DNA from: an uncultured Eubacteriales bacterium
GTDB taxonomy: Bacteria; Bacillota; Clostridia; Christensenellales; CAG-138
Reading direction: 5' to 3'
Length of the DNA stretch: 64,000 nt
NCBI GenBank assembly: GCA_900319345.1
Contig: ONNZ01000001.1
Coordinates: 2,739-66,738 of the forward strand
The notes beneath the pieces were generated by a model. That model saw only the letters and a program-made list of their open reading frames with translations. It was not told the origin of the DNA and ran no database searches. The stretch's first letter is position 1, and every line of letters starts with the position of its first letter. The position numbers were made by a program, and so were the translations under genes. Shown here one piece after another: positions 13,809 to 22,332 of the stretch.

Positions 13809-15785
13809 TTATTTGTTGTCCGCTACGGCGCGGAACAGGTCTGCATAGGCGCTTTCCTTTTTATAGAACACGGGCAGTTGACCGAGGGGCGCGTCCACCG
13901 TATAGCTTTGGCCCCCCGCGTAGGGCTGGCCGGTCCAGAAGTGGACCCATTCCCCCGCCGGTAGGTGCACCCGCCGCTTTTTCGCGTGGCGCTCGATGAC
14001 CGGGCAAATATAGAGGTCCGGCCCCAGGAAGTAGCTGTACATATCGTGGCTGGCGCCGTAGTCCATGGCCTCGTAGAAGTCGGGCCGCAGGGCGGGGACG
14101 CCCCGCTGGGCGTCGGCGATGCAGGCGTCTATATAGGGCTTGAGGGCCACGTGGATGTTGGTGAGCCGCACCGTGTGGGGTGTCACCGCCGGGGCGTCGA
14201 ACTGGCTGTTGGCCCAGGGGCGGATGGACTCGTGGCTCCGCATGAGCAGGGAGAAGGCGCACATCTCCATCCAGCGGACGAACAGCTCGTCGTCCCGCTT
14301 CAGCTTCCCGAAGGAGAAGAAGCCGCCGATGTCGCAGTGGATCATGGGCGCCCCGGAGAAGCCCAGGGAGAAGCTGGCGGGCATGACGCAGGGCATGCCG
14401 TAGTCGTGGGTGGTGTCCGTGTGCTGGTCCCCGTTCCAGAGGATAGGGGCGTAGGTCTGGATGCCCAGATACCCGCTGCGCATGAAGAACAGGATATCCT
14501 TGGCCCCGTACTCCTCCACGGCCTCCCGGTTCACCTTCGCCCAGAGGACGGGCCACAGGTTGTGGAGCTTCTTGGGGTCCCCGTCGTGCAAGACAGCGTC
14601 CACGGGCAGGTATTCGCCGAAGTCCGCCATCCAGCCGGACATACCCAGATCCAGCATGTTTCGCTTGATCAGCACGTCCTTCACGAACCGGATCGCCGCC
14701 GGGTCCGTGAGATCCAGCATGCCCGCGTCGAAGGTGGTGGACTTGATATGATAGATCGAGCCGTCAGCTTTGGTGATGAGGAGCTTTTTCTCTCGGCACT
14801 CGTTGTAGAGGCGGCTGTCCTTCACGAGATAGGGGTTGATATAGCCCAGGAACCGGACGCCCCGGGCGTTGAGCTTTTGTATGGCGCCCTTGAGATCGGG
14901 GTAGAGCTTCTCGTCCGCCTCCCAGTTCCACCAGACCTGCTTGCCCATAATGGTCCGATTCTCCCCGGACCAATCCTGGCTCCACACGCCCGAGATCTTG
15001 GCCCCCGCGTCCAGCATGGCGAAGGTCTTGGTGAGGATGGCCTCGGTGCCCCCCTGGATGGAGAGGATCATGCCCTCCCGGCACCAGTTGGGGATGTACT
15101 GCCGGTTGGGGATGCGGTCAGCTAGCAGCAGCGCCAGGGCTTCATAGCTCTCCCCCGTGAGCAGCGTCAGCTTCCGGGGGCAGCTGTCGAAGGTGAAGGA
15201 GTACCCCTCGTCCAGGAACCGGGAGACCCCGTCGGCCTCCGTATCGAAGAGGAACAGCCGACCCTTGTCCGTGACGAACACGGGCATGGGGGCGTAGCTG
15301 CCGATGGCGCTGTGGGGCTTTTCCTTGTACAGGCACCGGGGCAGCAGGGCCTTCTCCAGGATGGTGGTGGCCTTGATGTGCTCGGAGACGAAGTTCACCA
15401 CGTGCTCGCCCCTGAGGTTGGTCTGCCGGTACTGCTCCCCGCCGCCGAAGACGGCCTCTCCCTCGAGCGCCGCCAGGGCGAAGCTGTAGGCCCAGCCATC
15501 CTCGCCGGAGAACAGCAGATCCGCGCCGCCGTCGCAGGGGACCACCTTGACCTGCAGGGCGTGGCCGCCACCGGAGAGCACCACGCCCTCCGCGGTCTCC
15601 GCCACGTCGGTGAGGGGCACCCGCTCCGCCTCCACCACGGTCTCCTTTACGGTGCCCCGGTCGCTCTCGTAGGTCTTCTCCCGGCGCAGGGCGACGGCGA
15701 AGGGGGTCTCGGGCCTGTGGGCGACGAAAGGAGCTCCGTCCAAAGACAGGGTCCATGTGTTTTCCAAAACCTGGGAGAGGAGCAT
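13809..15785 (-). CDS. GH31 alpha-glycosidase of the YihQ (sulfoquinovosidase) clade, with non-canonical substrate-pocket residues
   Basis: These are the last 658 codons of the artefactual 1185-aa track ORF. ATG 15785 has GGAG upstream. Motif blocks: SIQGGTEA, GVWSQDWSG, GWMADFGEYLP, ILWNGDQH, HCDIGGF, MRSHES, PVFYKK. They are collinear with my recollection of E. coli YihQ. Confidence 0.85.
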   Translation of the reverse strand: MLLSQVLENTWTLSLDGAPFVAHRPETPFAVALRREKTYESDRGTVKETVVEAERVPLTDVAETAEGVVLSGGGHALQVKVVPCDGGADLLFSGEDGWAYSFALAALEGEAVFGGGEQYRQTNLRGEHVVNFVSEHIKATTILEKALLPRCLYKEKPHSAIGSYAPMPVFVTDKGRLFLFDTEADGVSRFLDEGYSFTFDSCPRKLTLLTGESYEALALLLADRIPNRQYIPNWCREGMILSIQGGTEAILTKTFAMLDAGAKISGVWSQDWSGENRTIMGKQVWWNWEADEKLYPDLKGAIQKLNARGVRFLGYINPYLVKDSRLYNECREKKLLITKADGSIYHIKSTTFDAGMLDLTDPAAIRFVKDVLIKRNMLDLGMSGWMADFGEYLPVDAVLHDGDPKKLHNLWPVLWAKVNREAVEEYGAKDILFFMRSGYLGIQTYAPILWNGDQHTDTTHDYGMPCVMPASFSLGFSGAPMIHCDIGGFFSFGKLKRDDELFVRWMEMCAFSLLMRSHESIRPWANSQFDAPAVTPHTVRLTNIHVALKPYIDACIADAQRGVPALRPDFYEAMDYGASHDMYSYFLGPDLYICPVIERHAKKRRVHLPAGEWVHFWTGQPYAGGQSYTVDAPLGQLPVFYKKESAYADLFRAVADNK

Positions 15786-15819
15786 GCGGTATCTCCTTTC
15801 TGGATATGTTCTATGGGAT

Positions 15820-15848
15820 ATCATACCGGGAAAACCGCCGTTCGTCAA
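15820..15848 (-). promoter_or_regulatory. promoter of the GH31-symporter operon
   Basis: On the minus strand: TTGACG (15848-15843), 17 nt spacer, TATGAT (15825-15820), about 35 nt before the ATG. Confidence 0.5.
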
Positions 15849-15889
15849 CCGAAAGGGACCTTTTTTAGACAAAGCGTCTGAAGCCGATG

Positions 15890-15918
15890 TTGCAATTATT
15901 TCACAAGTGAAGTTGCAA
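15890..15918. promoter_or_regulatory. candidate operator: 12-bp palindrome flanked by direct TTGCAA repeats
   Basis: TTGCAA-TTAT-TTCACAAGTGAA-G-TTGCAA. It lies between the divergent GH31 and ftsA promoters, about 40 bp upstream of the GH31 -35 box. Confidence 0.3.
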
Positions 15919-15956
15919 AATCTGCCTCGAAACCCCATTTTGCCCCCTGTTTTTTG

Positions 15957-15986
15957 TTGCACATCGGGGCATGGTTGTGCTATAAT
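15957..15986 (+). promoter_or_regulatory. promoter upstream of ftsA (extended -10)
   Basis: TTGCAC (15957-15962), 18 nt spacer, TGcTATAAT (-10 at 15981-15986). Confidence 0.5.
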
Positions 15987-16064
15987 CCCATCTGTATAGA
16001 TATAGATGGGGAATCCCGTGTTGTTTCGTGTGCGCGGAATCCCGGTGAGAAGCGTGGAGGAAGC

Positions 16065-17261
16065 ATGAAACCCGCAGCGATACTGGATGTGGGCAGTTCC
16101 AAAGTGGTGTGCCTGTGCGGAAGCATGGTCGATAAGGACGGCATCGTCGTCCACGGGGCCGGCATCAGCGCATACGCCGGCTTTCGGGACGGGGCGTTCC
16201 TCGACAAGCAGAGCCTGCACAACGCCGTGGTGGACTGCGTCCACAAGACCGAGCAGGAGAGCCGTCTGCGCATCCGGGACGTAGCGTTGACCGTGCCCGC
16301 GTCCTTCGCCCGGCTGGAGCTCTGCGACGCCACCATCGCCCTTGGTTCCTCCCGGCTGGTGGAAAGCGGGGACGTGGATAGGCTCATCCACCTGTCGCTC
16401 CAGAAGGCGAAGAAGGAGGAGGGCTGGACGCTGATGCACTCCACCCCCGTCTTCTTCATGGTGGACGGCGTCTCCTCCACCGAGATGCCCGACGGGGTCA
16501 CCGCCGAGGAGGTCTCCGCCCTGGTGAGCCACATGTTCGTCCGGGACGAGTTCATCCGCACCATCCAGGACGCGCTGGACGATCTGGGCGTGGAGATCAG
16601 CATGTGCGTCAGCGCGCAGCTGGGCGAGGCGGTCATGCTGATCCCCGACAACGAGCGGGTCCGGCCGGCGGTGCTCATCGACATCGGGTACATGCAGACG
16701 GACATCGCCGTGGTGGAGAACGCGGCCCTCACCGGCCTTTCCACCCTGCCCGTGGGCGGTTACCAGTTCGCCTCGGACCTGTCCTTCGGGCTGGACGTGC
16801 CCATGGACGCCGCGGAGCAGGCCAAGCGCCGCTTCGTCTTCTCCCTGGACTATCGGGACAAGACGGAGGTGCTGCGCACGGCCGCCGGTTCCAAGAAGGT
16901 TTCCCACCAGGCCATCTCCTACATCATCGAGGCCCGAGCCGGAGAGCTCGCGTCCATGATCCGCCGGGAGATGGAACAGCTGGGCGTCAACCTGGACGCT
17001 CGACCCGCCGTGTACGTGTCCGGCGGAGGGCTTTTGATGATGCGGGGCGGGCTGGACTTCCTTCGGGGAGCCCTGAACCTGCCGCTGAAGCGGGACATGC
17101 CTTGGACGCCTCGGCTGTCCTCGCCCAACTACTGCAGCGCCTTCGGCGCATTGGACTTCGTATTGAAGGCCAACAGCTCGCCGGAGGAATCCATGGCCAA
17201 GCAGAAGGACGATCGCGTCGCCGGTCTGCTTGAGAAGATAAAAAACTTTTTCATGAAATAA
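16065..17261 (+). CDS. ftsA: cell division protein FtsA (actin-like ATPase)
   Basis: 398 aa from ATG 16065 (GGAGG upstream): [17 protein letters not shown]..., [27 protein letters not shown]. It lies immediately upstream of ftsZ. Confidence 0.85.
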   Translation: MKPAAILDVGSSKVVCLCGSMVDKDGIVVHGAGISAYAGFRDGAFLDKQSLHNAVVDCVHKTEQESRLRIRDVALTVPASFARLELCDATIALGSSRLVESGDVDRLIHLSLQKAKKEEGWTLMHSTPVFFMVDGVSSTEMPDGVTAEEVSALVSHMFVRDEFIRTIQDALDDLGVEISMCVSAQLGEAVMLIPDNERVRPAVLIDIGYMQTDIAVVENAALTGLSTLPVGGYQFASDLSFGLDVPMDAAEQAKRRFVFSLDYRDKTEVLRTAAGSKKVSHQAISYIIEARAGELASMIRREMEQLGVNLDARPAVYVSGGGLLMMRGGLDFLRGALNLPLKRDMPWTPRLSSPNYCSAFGALDFVLKANSSPEESMAKQKDDRVAGLLEKIKNFFMK

Positions 17262-17277
17262 CGAAGGGGGACACAAG

Positions 17278-18504
17278 ATGTTTGAACAGGATTTCGAGGG
17301 CGCATCCTTCGCCCAGATCAAGGTCATCGGCGTGGGCGGCGCCGGCTGTAACGCGGTGAACCGCATGGTCCAGTACGGGCTTCAGGGCGTGGAATTCATC
17401 GCCGTGAACACGGATAAGCAGGCCCTGTCCATGAACAAGGGCGACAACAAGATCCAGATCGGCGAAAAGCTGACCAAGGGCCTGGGCGCAGGCGCCGATC
17501 CCGAGATCGGCCGCAAGGCCGCCGACGAGAGCCGGGACCTGATCCAGGAAGCCCTGCGCGGCGCGGACATGGTGTTCATCACCGCCGGTATGGGCGGCGG
17601 CACCGGCACGGGCGCGGCGCCCATCGTGGCCCAGTGCGCCAAGGAGATGGGCATCCTCACCGTGGGCGTGGTCACCAAGCCCTTCACCTTCGAGGGCCGG
17701 GTCCGCATGCGCAACGCGGAAGCGGGCATCGAGAATTTGAAGCCCGCCGTGGACACCCTCATCACCATTCCCAACGACAAGCTGATCGCTCTCGTGGGCA
17801 AGGCCTCCCTGCCCGACGCCCTGCGGGTAGCTGACGACGTGCTTCGTCAGGGCATCCAGGGCATCTCCGATCTCATCGCCGTGCCCTCCATGATCAACCT
17901 GGACTTCGCCGACGTGAAGACCATCATGAAGGAAAAGGGCATGGCCCACATGGGCATCGGCACCGCCTGCGGCGAGAAGCGGGCCAGCGAAGCGGCCAAG
18001 CAGGCCGTGGAGAGCCCCCTGCTGGAGACCAGCATCGACGGCGCCAAGGGCATCCTCATCAACATCACCGGCGGTCCCGATCTGAGCCTCCTGGAGGTCA
18101 ACGAGGCTGCGGAGCTCATCCAGCAGTCCGCCGATCCCGACGCCAACATCATCTTCGGCGCGGACATCGACGAGAGCATGGGCGACGCCCTTCGGATCAC
18201 CGTCATCGCCACCGGCTTCGACAAGGCTGAGGTGGGCAAGCAGAGCGCCCAGCAGCCCCTGGTGTTCGGCAGCCGTCCCGCCCCCGCGCCCCGGGCCTAC
18301 AGCGCGCCTCAGTCCGTGCCCGCCTCCGCGGAGAATGCCTTCTCCGCCCGACCCTACGCCCAGCTGAAGGAGGAGGACGCCCCCGCTGCTGAGCCGGAGG
18401 CCCCCCAGAAGAAGGAGAGCACCTTCACCGAGCAGGACATTCGCCGGGAGTACACCAACCGTCCCGCCAACAAACTGGACATCCCCGCCTTCCTGCGCAA
18501 GTAA
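17278..18504 (+). CDS. ftsZ: cell division GTPase FtsZ
   Basis: [17 protein letters not shown], the tubulin signature [17 protein letters not shown], and a C-terminal DIPAFLRK tail. Confidence 0.97.
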   Translation: MFEQDFEGASFAQIKVIGVGGAGCNAVNRMVQYGLQGVEFIAVNTDKQALSMNKGDNKIQIGEKLTKGLGAGADPEIGRKAADESRDLIQEALRGADMVFITAGMGGGTGTGAAPIVAQCAKEMGILTVGVVTKPFTFEGRVRMRNAEAGIENLKPAVDTLITIPNDKLIALVGKASLPDALRVADDVLRQGIQGISDLIAVPSMINLDFADVKTIMKEKGMAHMGIGTACGEKRASEAAKQAVESPLLETSIDGAKGILINITGGPDLSLLEVNEAAELIQQSADPDANIIFGADIDESMGDALRITVIATGFDKAEVGKQSAQQPLVFGSRPAPAPRAYSAPQSVPASAENAFSARPYAQLKEEDAPAAEPEAPQKKESTFTEQDIRREYTNRPANKLDIPAFLRK

Positions 18505-18516
18505 GCTGAACATGAA

Positions 18517-18548
18517 AGCACCGGACGATCTTCGTCCGGTGCTTTTTT
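18517..18548 (+). terminator. intrinsic terminator after ftsZ
   Basis: agcaccggacg / cgtccggtgct form an 11-bp stem with a 5-nt loop, followed by TTTTTT. Confidence 0.8.
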
Positions 18549-18554
18549 GCCGCC

Positions 18555-18583
18555 TTGACAGGGTTTTTGCCGCATAGTATAGT
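18555..18583 (+). promoter_or_regulatory. near-consensus promoter of the secreted-protein gene
   Basis: TTGACA (18555-18560), 17 nt spacer, TATAGT (18578-18583). Confidence 0.55.
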
Positions 18584-18636
18584 TAAAATAGAGTAATGTC
18601 CCTGTCCAAGGGCAGGCGGCAAAAAGGAGGAGCCTC

Positions 18637-19761
18637 ATGAAACGTCTCTTGTCTTTGATCCTGGCCCTGCTGATGACGGTGGCGCTGTTCGGCGTGAGCG
18701 GCGCTATGAAGTACGCCTACGCGGAGGGGGACGGCGAGGAGCCCTCCGAGCCCGCGGAACCGGTCAACCCCTATGTGGGCCTCTGGGAGATCACCGGCCG
18801 GAAGGAGGGGGAGGTCTATACGCCCTATGGGGACGGGGAGGAAAAGATCTACATGGACTTTCTGCCCAACGGCGTCATCTATGCCATCCTGTACGATGGG
18901 GAGGACGCGGACGAGGACTATGCCGCCTATAAGGTGACCGGTGAGAACGCCCTGACCCTGTTCGAAGGAGACGACCCCATCCTCGGGGTCTACGACCCAG
19001 AGACGGGCATCATCACCGTCACGGCCGAAGCCGTCAACGGTCCCTACATCACCTACCTCCAGCGGGTCACGACGGACCCCCTGCCCGACGTATGGGCCAT
19101 GGTGGACCATTCTGAGGAGGAGCAGCAGTATTACGGATATGAGATGCGGGACGAGGAACAGGTCATGGACCTGGTGGAGTTCCTGGCCATCGTCGACGAA
19201 GATCCCGACGAGTACTACTGCCTGACCATGCAGCCCGACGGCACCGGCTACGTGCAGTTCGGCAGCGAGGAGTTGGGCGGCGACATCCTCTGGGACGAGA
19301 CCCAGATCATCGCCGTGGGCAACGAGGATGAACCCGCGCCCTATACCCGGAAATACGGCCATGTCATCATGGATATCAAGGGCACGATCATGGATTTTGC
19401 CCCGGTGGGTGAGATCGAGATCCTGACGGCGGTCAAGGGATGGGAGCTGAAGAACCTTCCCGCCCAGATCCCGGAGGACATGGAGGGCACCTGGGAGCTA
19501 TTCAATTGCAAGGCGTACGGCGTCGAGCGCACCCCCGAGCAGATGAACATCTCCATGACCTTCGTCCTGAACCTCAACGGCACGGCGGTCCTGTACACCA
19601 ACGACCTGGCCCCCGCCGGGTATCGGCTGTCCCAGAAGGAGGAGGGTACCTGGATCCTCTCCTCCGGCGGTGTGGAGCTCTATGAGCTGCAATACGACGG
19701 CACGGTCCTGACGCTGAACTATATGGGCGTGGATATGCTCTTTGAAAAGGCCGAAGGCTGA
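18637..19761 (+). CDS. secreted acidic protein of unknown function (signal peptide, repeated lipocalin-like GxW modules)
   Basis: MKRLLSLILALLMTVALFGVSGA is a signal peptide. VGLWEITG, EGTWELFNC and EGTWILSS recur. AAGGAGGAG RBS upstream. Confidence 0.75.
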   Translation: MKRLLSLILALLMTVALFGVSGAMKYAYAEGDGEEPSEPAEPVNPYVGLWEITGRKEGEVYTPYGDGEEKIYMDFLPNGVIYAILYDGEDADEDYAAYKVTGENALTLFEGDDPILGVYDPETGIITVTAEAVNGPYITYLQRVTTDPLPDVWAMVDHSEEEQQYYGYEMRDEEQVMDLVEFLAIVDEDPDEYYCLTMQPDGTGYVQFGSEELGGDILWDETQIIAVGNEDEPAPYTRKYGHVIMDIKGTIMDFAPVGEIEILTAVKGWELKNLPAQIPEDMEGTWELFNCKAYGVERTPEQMNISMTFVLNLNGTAVLYTNDLAPAGYRLSQKEEGTWILSSGGVELYELQYDGTVLTLNYMGVDMLFEKAEG

Positions 19762-19777
19762 TCTGAATACAACGCAA

Positions 19778-19812
19778 AAGGAAGCCGCCCTCGAGGGCGG
19801 CTTCCTTATTTA
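19778..19812. terminator. bidirectional terminator between convergent genes
   Basis: aaggaagccgccc-tcga-gggcggcttcctt form a 13-bp stem. It is flanked by A-rich sequence upstream and T-rich sequence downstream. Confidence 0.75.
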
Positions 19813-19819
19813 TTATTTC

Positions 19820-20776
19820 TCACAGCAGCCCTTCGGCTATCAATCGCTCCAGGACCATGGCTTCTCGAAGGAGCATGGTGTGGTACTTGCGCTTGTAGAT
19901 GCTGGTCAGGGCTTTGTTCTCCTGGATGGCCGCCTTGGGGTCCACCCAGCAGAGGGTATACCCCTCCTCTGCCTCGTAGCCGTCCAGCTCCTGGGGGACC
20001 ACAGCGGTGGCCGAGGCCAGGTAATAGAAGTTGTCTTGGATGAACAGAGGCTCCCGGTCGCCCCGCTCGATCCGATGGACGAAGCCGTAGGGCCGGACGC
20101 TCTTGAGGTCCAGGACCAGCCCCGCCTCCTCCCGGGCCTCCCGCAGGAGGGCCGTCTCCCGGGTCTCCCCCGGCTCGATGCCGCCGCCGGGGAACTTGTA
20201 ATGCTGAAACTTTCGGCTGTAGACCATGGCCACCCGGCCGTTTCGGATGACGACGGCTCGGGCCGAGGGCCGGGAAAAAGCTTTGCCGCCCTCTTCGTAG
20301 TTTCGGGCGTCCATGGTGAACAGCAGCCGCATGCGGCTCTCCTCCAGGGTGAGGAGCCGCCGTTTGATATCCATGCCCCCCGCAAAGCCCGTCAAACTCC
20401 CGTCCGCACCGATCACCCGATGGCAGGGGATCATAATAGCGATCGGGTTGTTGTGGACCGCCTGACCCACGGCCCGGGGGGAGCCGCAGCCCGCCGCCTT
20501 GGCCAGCGCCCCGTAGCTCACGGTCTCGCCGAAGGGCACCCGGACCAGCTCATGCCACACCCTTTGCTGGAAGGCCGTGCCCGCCGGGGATAGGGGCGGC
20601 GTGGGGCCCGGGTCCCGGCCCAAAAAGTATTCGTCCAGCCAGGCGAAGGCCGCCCGGAACAGGGGCAGGGCCGTGATCGGCTCCGACGAGGGGCCGAAGC
20701 TGAGCTCCGTCAGGGAAGTCCCGTCGGAAGCGAGGGCCAGGGGCCCCACGGGGCTGTCGTATCGGAAATAAAACAC
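19820..20776 (-). CDS. in-frame fusion: O6-alkylguanine-DNA alkyltransferase (MGMT/Ogt) domain + NUDIX hydrolase domain
   Basis: 318 codons from GTG 20776 (AAGGAGG 6 nt upstream). Residues 1-147 carry the MGMT motifs ...VSYGALA...NPIAIMIPCHRVIGADGSLTGFAGG. Residues 149-318 carry the NUDIX box GGGIEPGETRETALLREAREEAGL. There is no stop codon between the two halves. Confidence 0.8.
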   Translation of the reverse strand: MFYFRYDSPVGPLALASDGTSLTELSFGPSSEPITALPLFRAAFAWLDEYFLGRDPGPTPPLSPAGTAFQQRVWHELVRVPFGETVSYGALAKAAGCGSPRAVGQAVHNNPIAIMIPCHRVIGADGSLTGFAGGMDIKRRLLTLEESRMRLLFTMDARNYEEGGKAFSRPSARAVVIRNGRVAMVYSRKFQHYKFPGGGIEPGETRETALLREAREEAGLVLDLKSVRPYGFVHRIERGDREPLFIQDNFYYLASATAVVPQELDGYEAEEGYTLCWVDPKAAIQENKALTSIYKRKYHTMLLREAMVLERLIAEGLL

Positions 20777-20787
20777 GGGAGACCTCC

Positions 20788-22254
20788 TTACACTAAGAAC
20801 CATACCATCGCGCCTGCGGCCATGAGCCCCCAGCCCAGGAAAGCGGGCTTTGTCCGGTTGGGCAGGAAATAGTCCGAAACGAACAGCATCCCCGTGAACC
20901 ACAGGAGCAGGGCTATTCCGTTGCAGGGCGGCAGGATCAGGCCCGCCACGGGCGCCAACTCTGCCAGGGAGAAGAGATAGTACAGCACGCCATTGGGGAG
21001 CAGGGCCAGGATCTGGGCTGCCGTCGGCAGCAGCGGATAGAGGAGCACCGCGATCCAGCCGGGGATCAGGAACAGGGGCGCCGCCGGCAACGCCAGGAGC
21101 GACAGGAACACGCCCACCCAGGACACCTCTCCGCCCGTCACGGAGAGCAGGGGCAGCGTGCCCAGGAACGCGCCCACGACCCCTGCCAGCAGACCGCCCA
21201 GCCCCGCCCGCTGGCCATGCAGCAGGTCCGTCATGGGCACGCTCAGGCAGCTGAGGCCCCAGACGGCCCCGAAGGACAGGCGAAAGCCCGAGGCCATGAG
21301 GAAGGACGGGTTGATCAACAGCAGCAGCGTCATGGCGCAGCCGATCTCGCTGATGGGGTCGTCCTGCCGATCCAGCAGATGGGAGAATCGGACGATGAGC
21401 AGCATGATGGCCGCCCGCAGGGAGGAGGGCGAAAGGCCCGTCAGCAGGCAGAAGAGGAACAGCAGCAGGACGGACAGCAGGAACCGGAGCCACTTGCGCC
21501 GTCCCCGGATGAGCCGCAGGGCCGCCCCGCAGACCACGCCCACGTGGAGGCCGGACACGGTCAACAGGTGCAGCAGCCCGCTGCGGCGAAAGGCCAGGAA
21601 GGTGAGATAGTGGACGTCGTCCCGATCCCCGAACAGCATGCCCCGGGCGACGCCGGCGTTCTCCCCGAAGAGAGCGTCCGCCGCCTCGCCCAGCTTCTCC
21701 CGCCATCGGAGGGCCAGCCCGTAGAGGGGGTCCCCCCGGCCCTGCCGGACGGTGATCTCCCCCGCCCCCTGGGCCCCGTACAGCACGGTCTTCAAGCCCC
21801 GGACCGCACCCCGATCGTCGGGCGTCACCCGGGCCTGCAGGGACAGGGCGTCTCCATAGGCAAGATCGGCGCGGAAGGGCACGGTGAGGGTCAGGGCTCC
21901 CGGCACCCGCCGCCCGTCCAAGGTCACCCGGTCCAATATCACGGTGGTCTCGCCTCGCTTCTGTTCCGGCGCGTCCATCACGGTGCCCGTCACCTCGTAG
22001 AGGCCGGGGACCACATTCACCTGGGGCAGCGCCGCCCCGCGCAGGAGCAGCAGGCCCAGGAGCAGGGGCAGGGCGTAGACAGCCCTCCCCCGCCGCAGCA
22101 GGATCACGCCCAGGGCCAGGGCGACCAGGCCCAGCACCAGCAGCAGCCACCCGCCCAGGCGCAGGGCCAGCAGGGCCCCTGTCAGGGCCCCCGGGATGCC
22201 CCAGAGCATAGGCCGCTCGTTGAAATATCGACGTTGTCTCAGCCAGTCCTCCAT
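20788..22254 (-). CDS. comEC: ComEC/Rec2-family competence channel protein (no beta-lactamase-like domain)
   Basis: These are the last 488 codons of track ORF 20788..23013, starting MEDWLRQRRY. It is polytopic, with SGLLHLLTVSGLHVGVV, the Competence-domain motif. Confidence 0.75.
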   Translation of the reverse strand: MEDWLRQRRYFNERPMLWGIPGALTGALLALRLGGWLLLVLGLVALALGVILLRRGRAVYALPLLLGLLLLRGAALPQVNVVPGLYEVTGTVMDAPEQKRGETTVILDRVTLDGRRVPGALTLTVPFRADLAYGDALSLQARVTPDDRGAVRGLKTVLYGAQGAGEITVRQGRGDPLYGLALRWREKLGEAADALFGENAGVARGMLFGDRDDVHYLTFLAFRRSGLLHLLTVSGLHVGVVCGAALRLIRGRRKWLRFLLSVLLLFLFCLLTGLSPSSLRAAIMLLIVRFSHLLDRQDDPISEIGCAMTLLLLINPSFLMASGFRLSFGAVWGLSCLSVPMTDLLHGQRAGLGGLLAGVVGAFLGTLPLLSVTGGEVSWVGVFLSLLALPAAPLFLIPGWIAVLLYPLLPTAAQILALLPNGVLYYLFSLAELAPVAGLILPPCNGIALLLWFTGMLFVSDYFLPNRTKPAFLGWGLMAAGAMVWFLV

Positions 22255-22297
22255 ATGGAACGAGTATACCGCATATCCGCCTTTCGGTAAAGAGCCG

Positions 22298-22326
22298 TTG
22301 ACCCATCCGGACGAATATGGTATACT
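22298..22326 (+). promoter_or_regulatory. promoter of cobB placed for a leaderless transcript
   Basis: TTGACC (22298-22303), 17 nt spacer, TGgTATACT (-10 at 22321-22326). The cobB ATG is at 22333, only 6 nt after the -10 box, and no Shine-Dalgarno sequence intervenes. Confidence 0.5.
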
Positions 22327-22332
22327 GCCCCT

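Noticed and set aside
13809-17366. A single 1185-aa protein spanning the GH31 gene and the region antisense to ftsA.
   Set aside because: The N-terminal 527 codons are antisense to ftsA and to the promoter region, and are compositionally junk. A GGAG-preceded ATG at 15785 gives a 658-aa product matching the length and N-terminus expected for YihQ-type GH31 enzymes.
20777-22306. Upstream 510 codons of the 828-aa track ORF 19820..22306, which would make a giant MGMT-containing protein.
   Set aside because: That stretch overlaps comEC in another frame, is Pro/Arg/Gly-rich nonsense, and is bypassed by a strong AAGGAGG-N6-GTG start at 20776.
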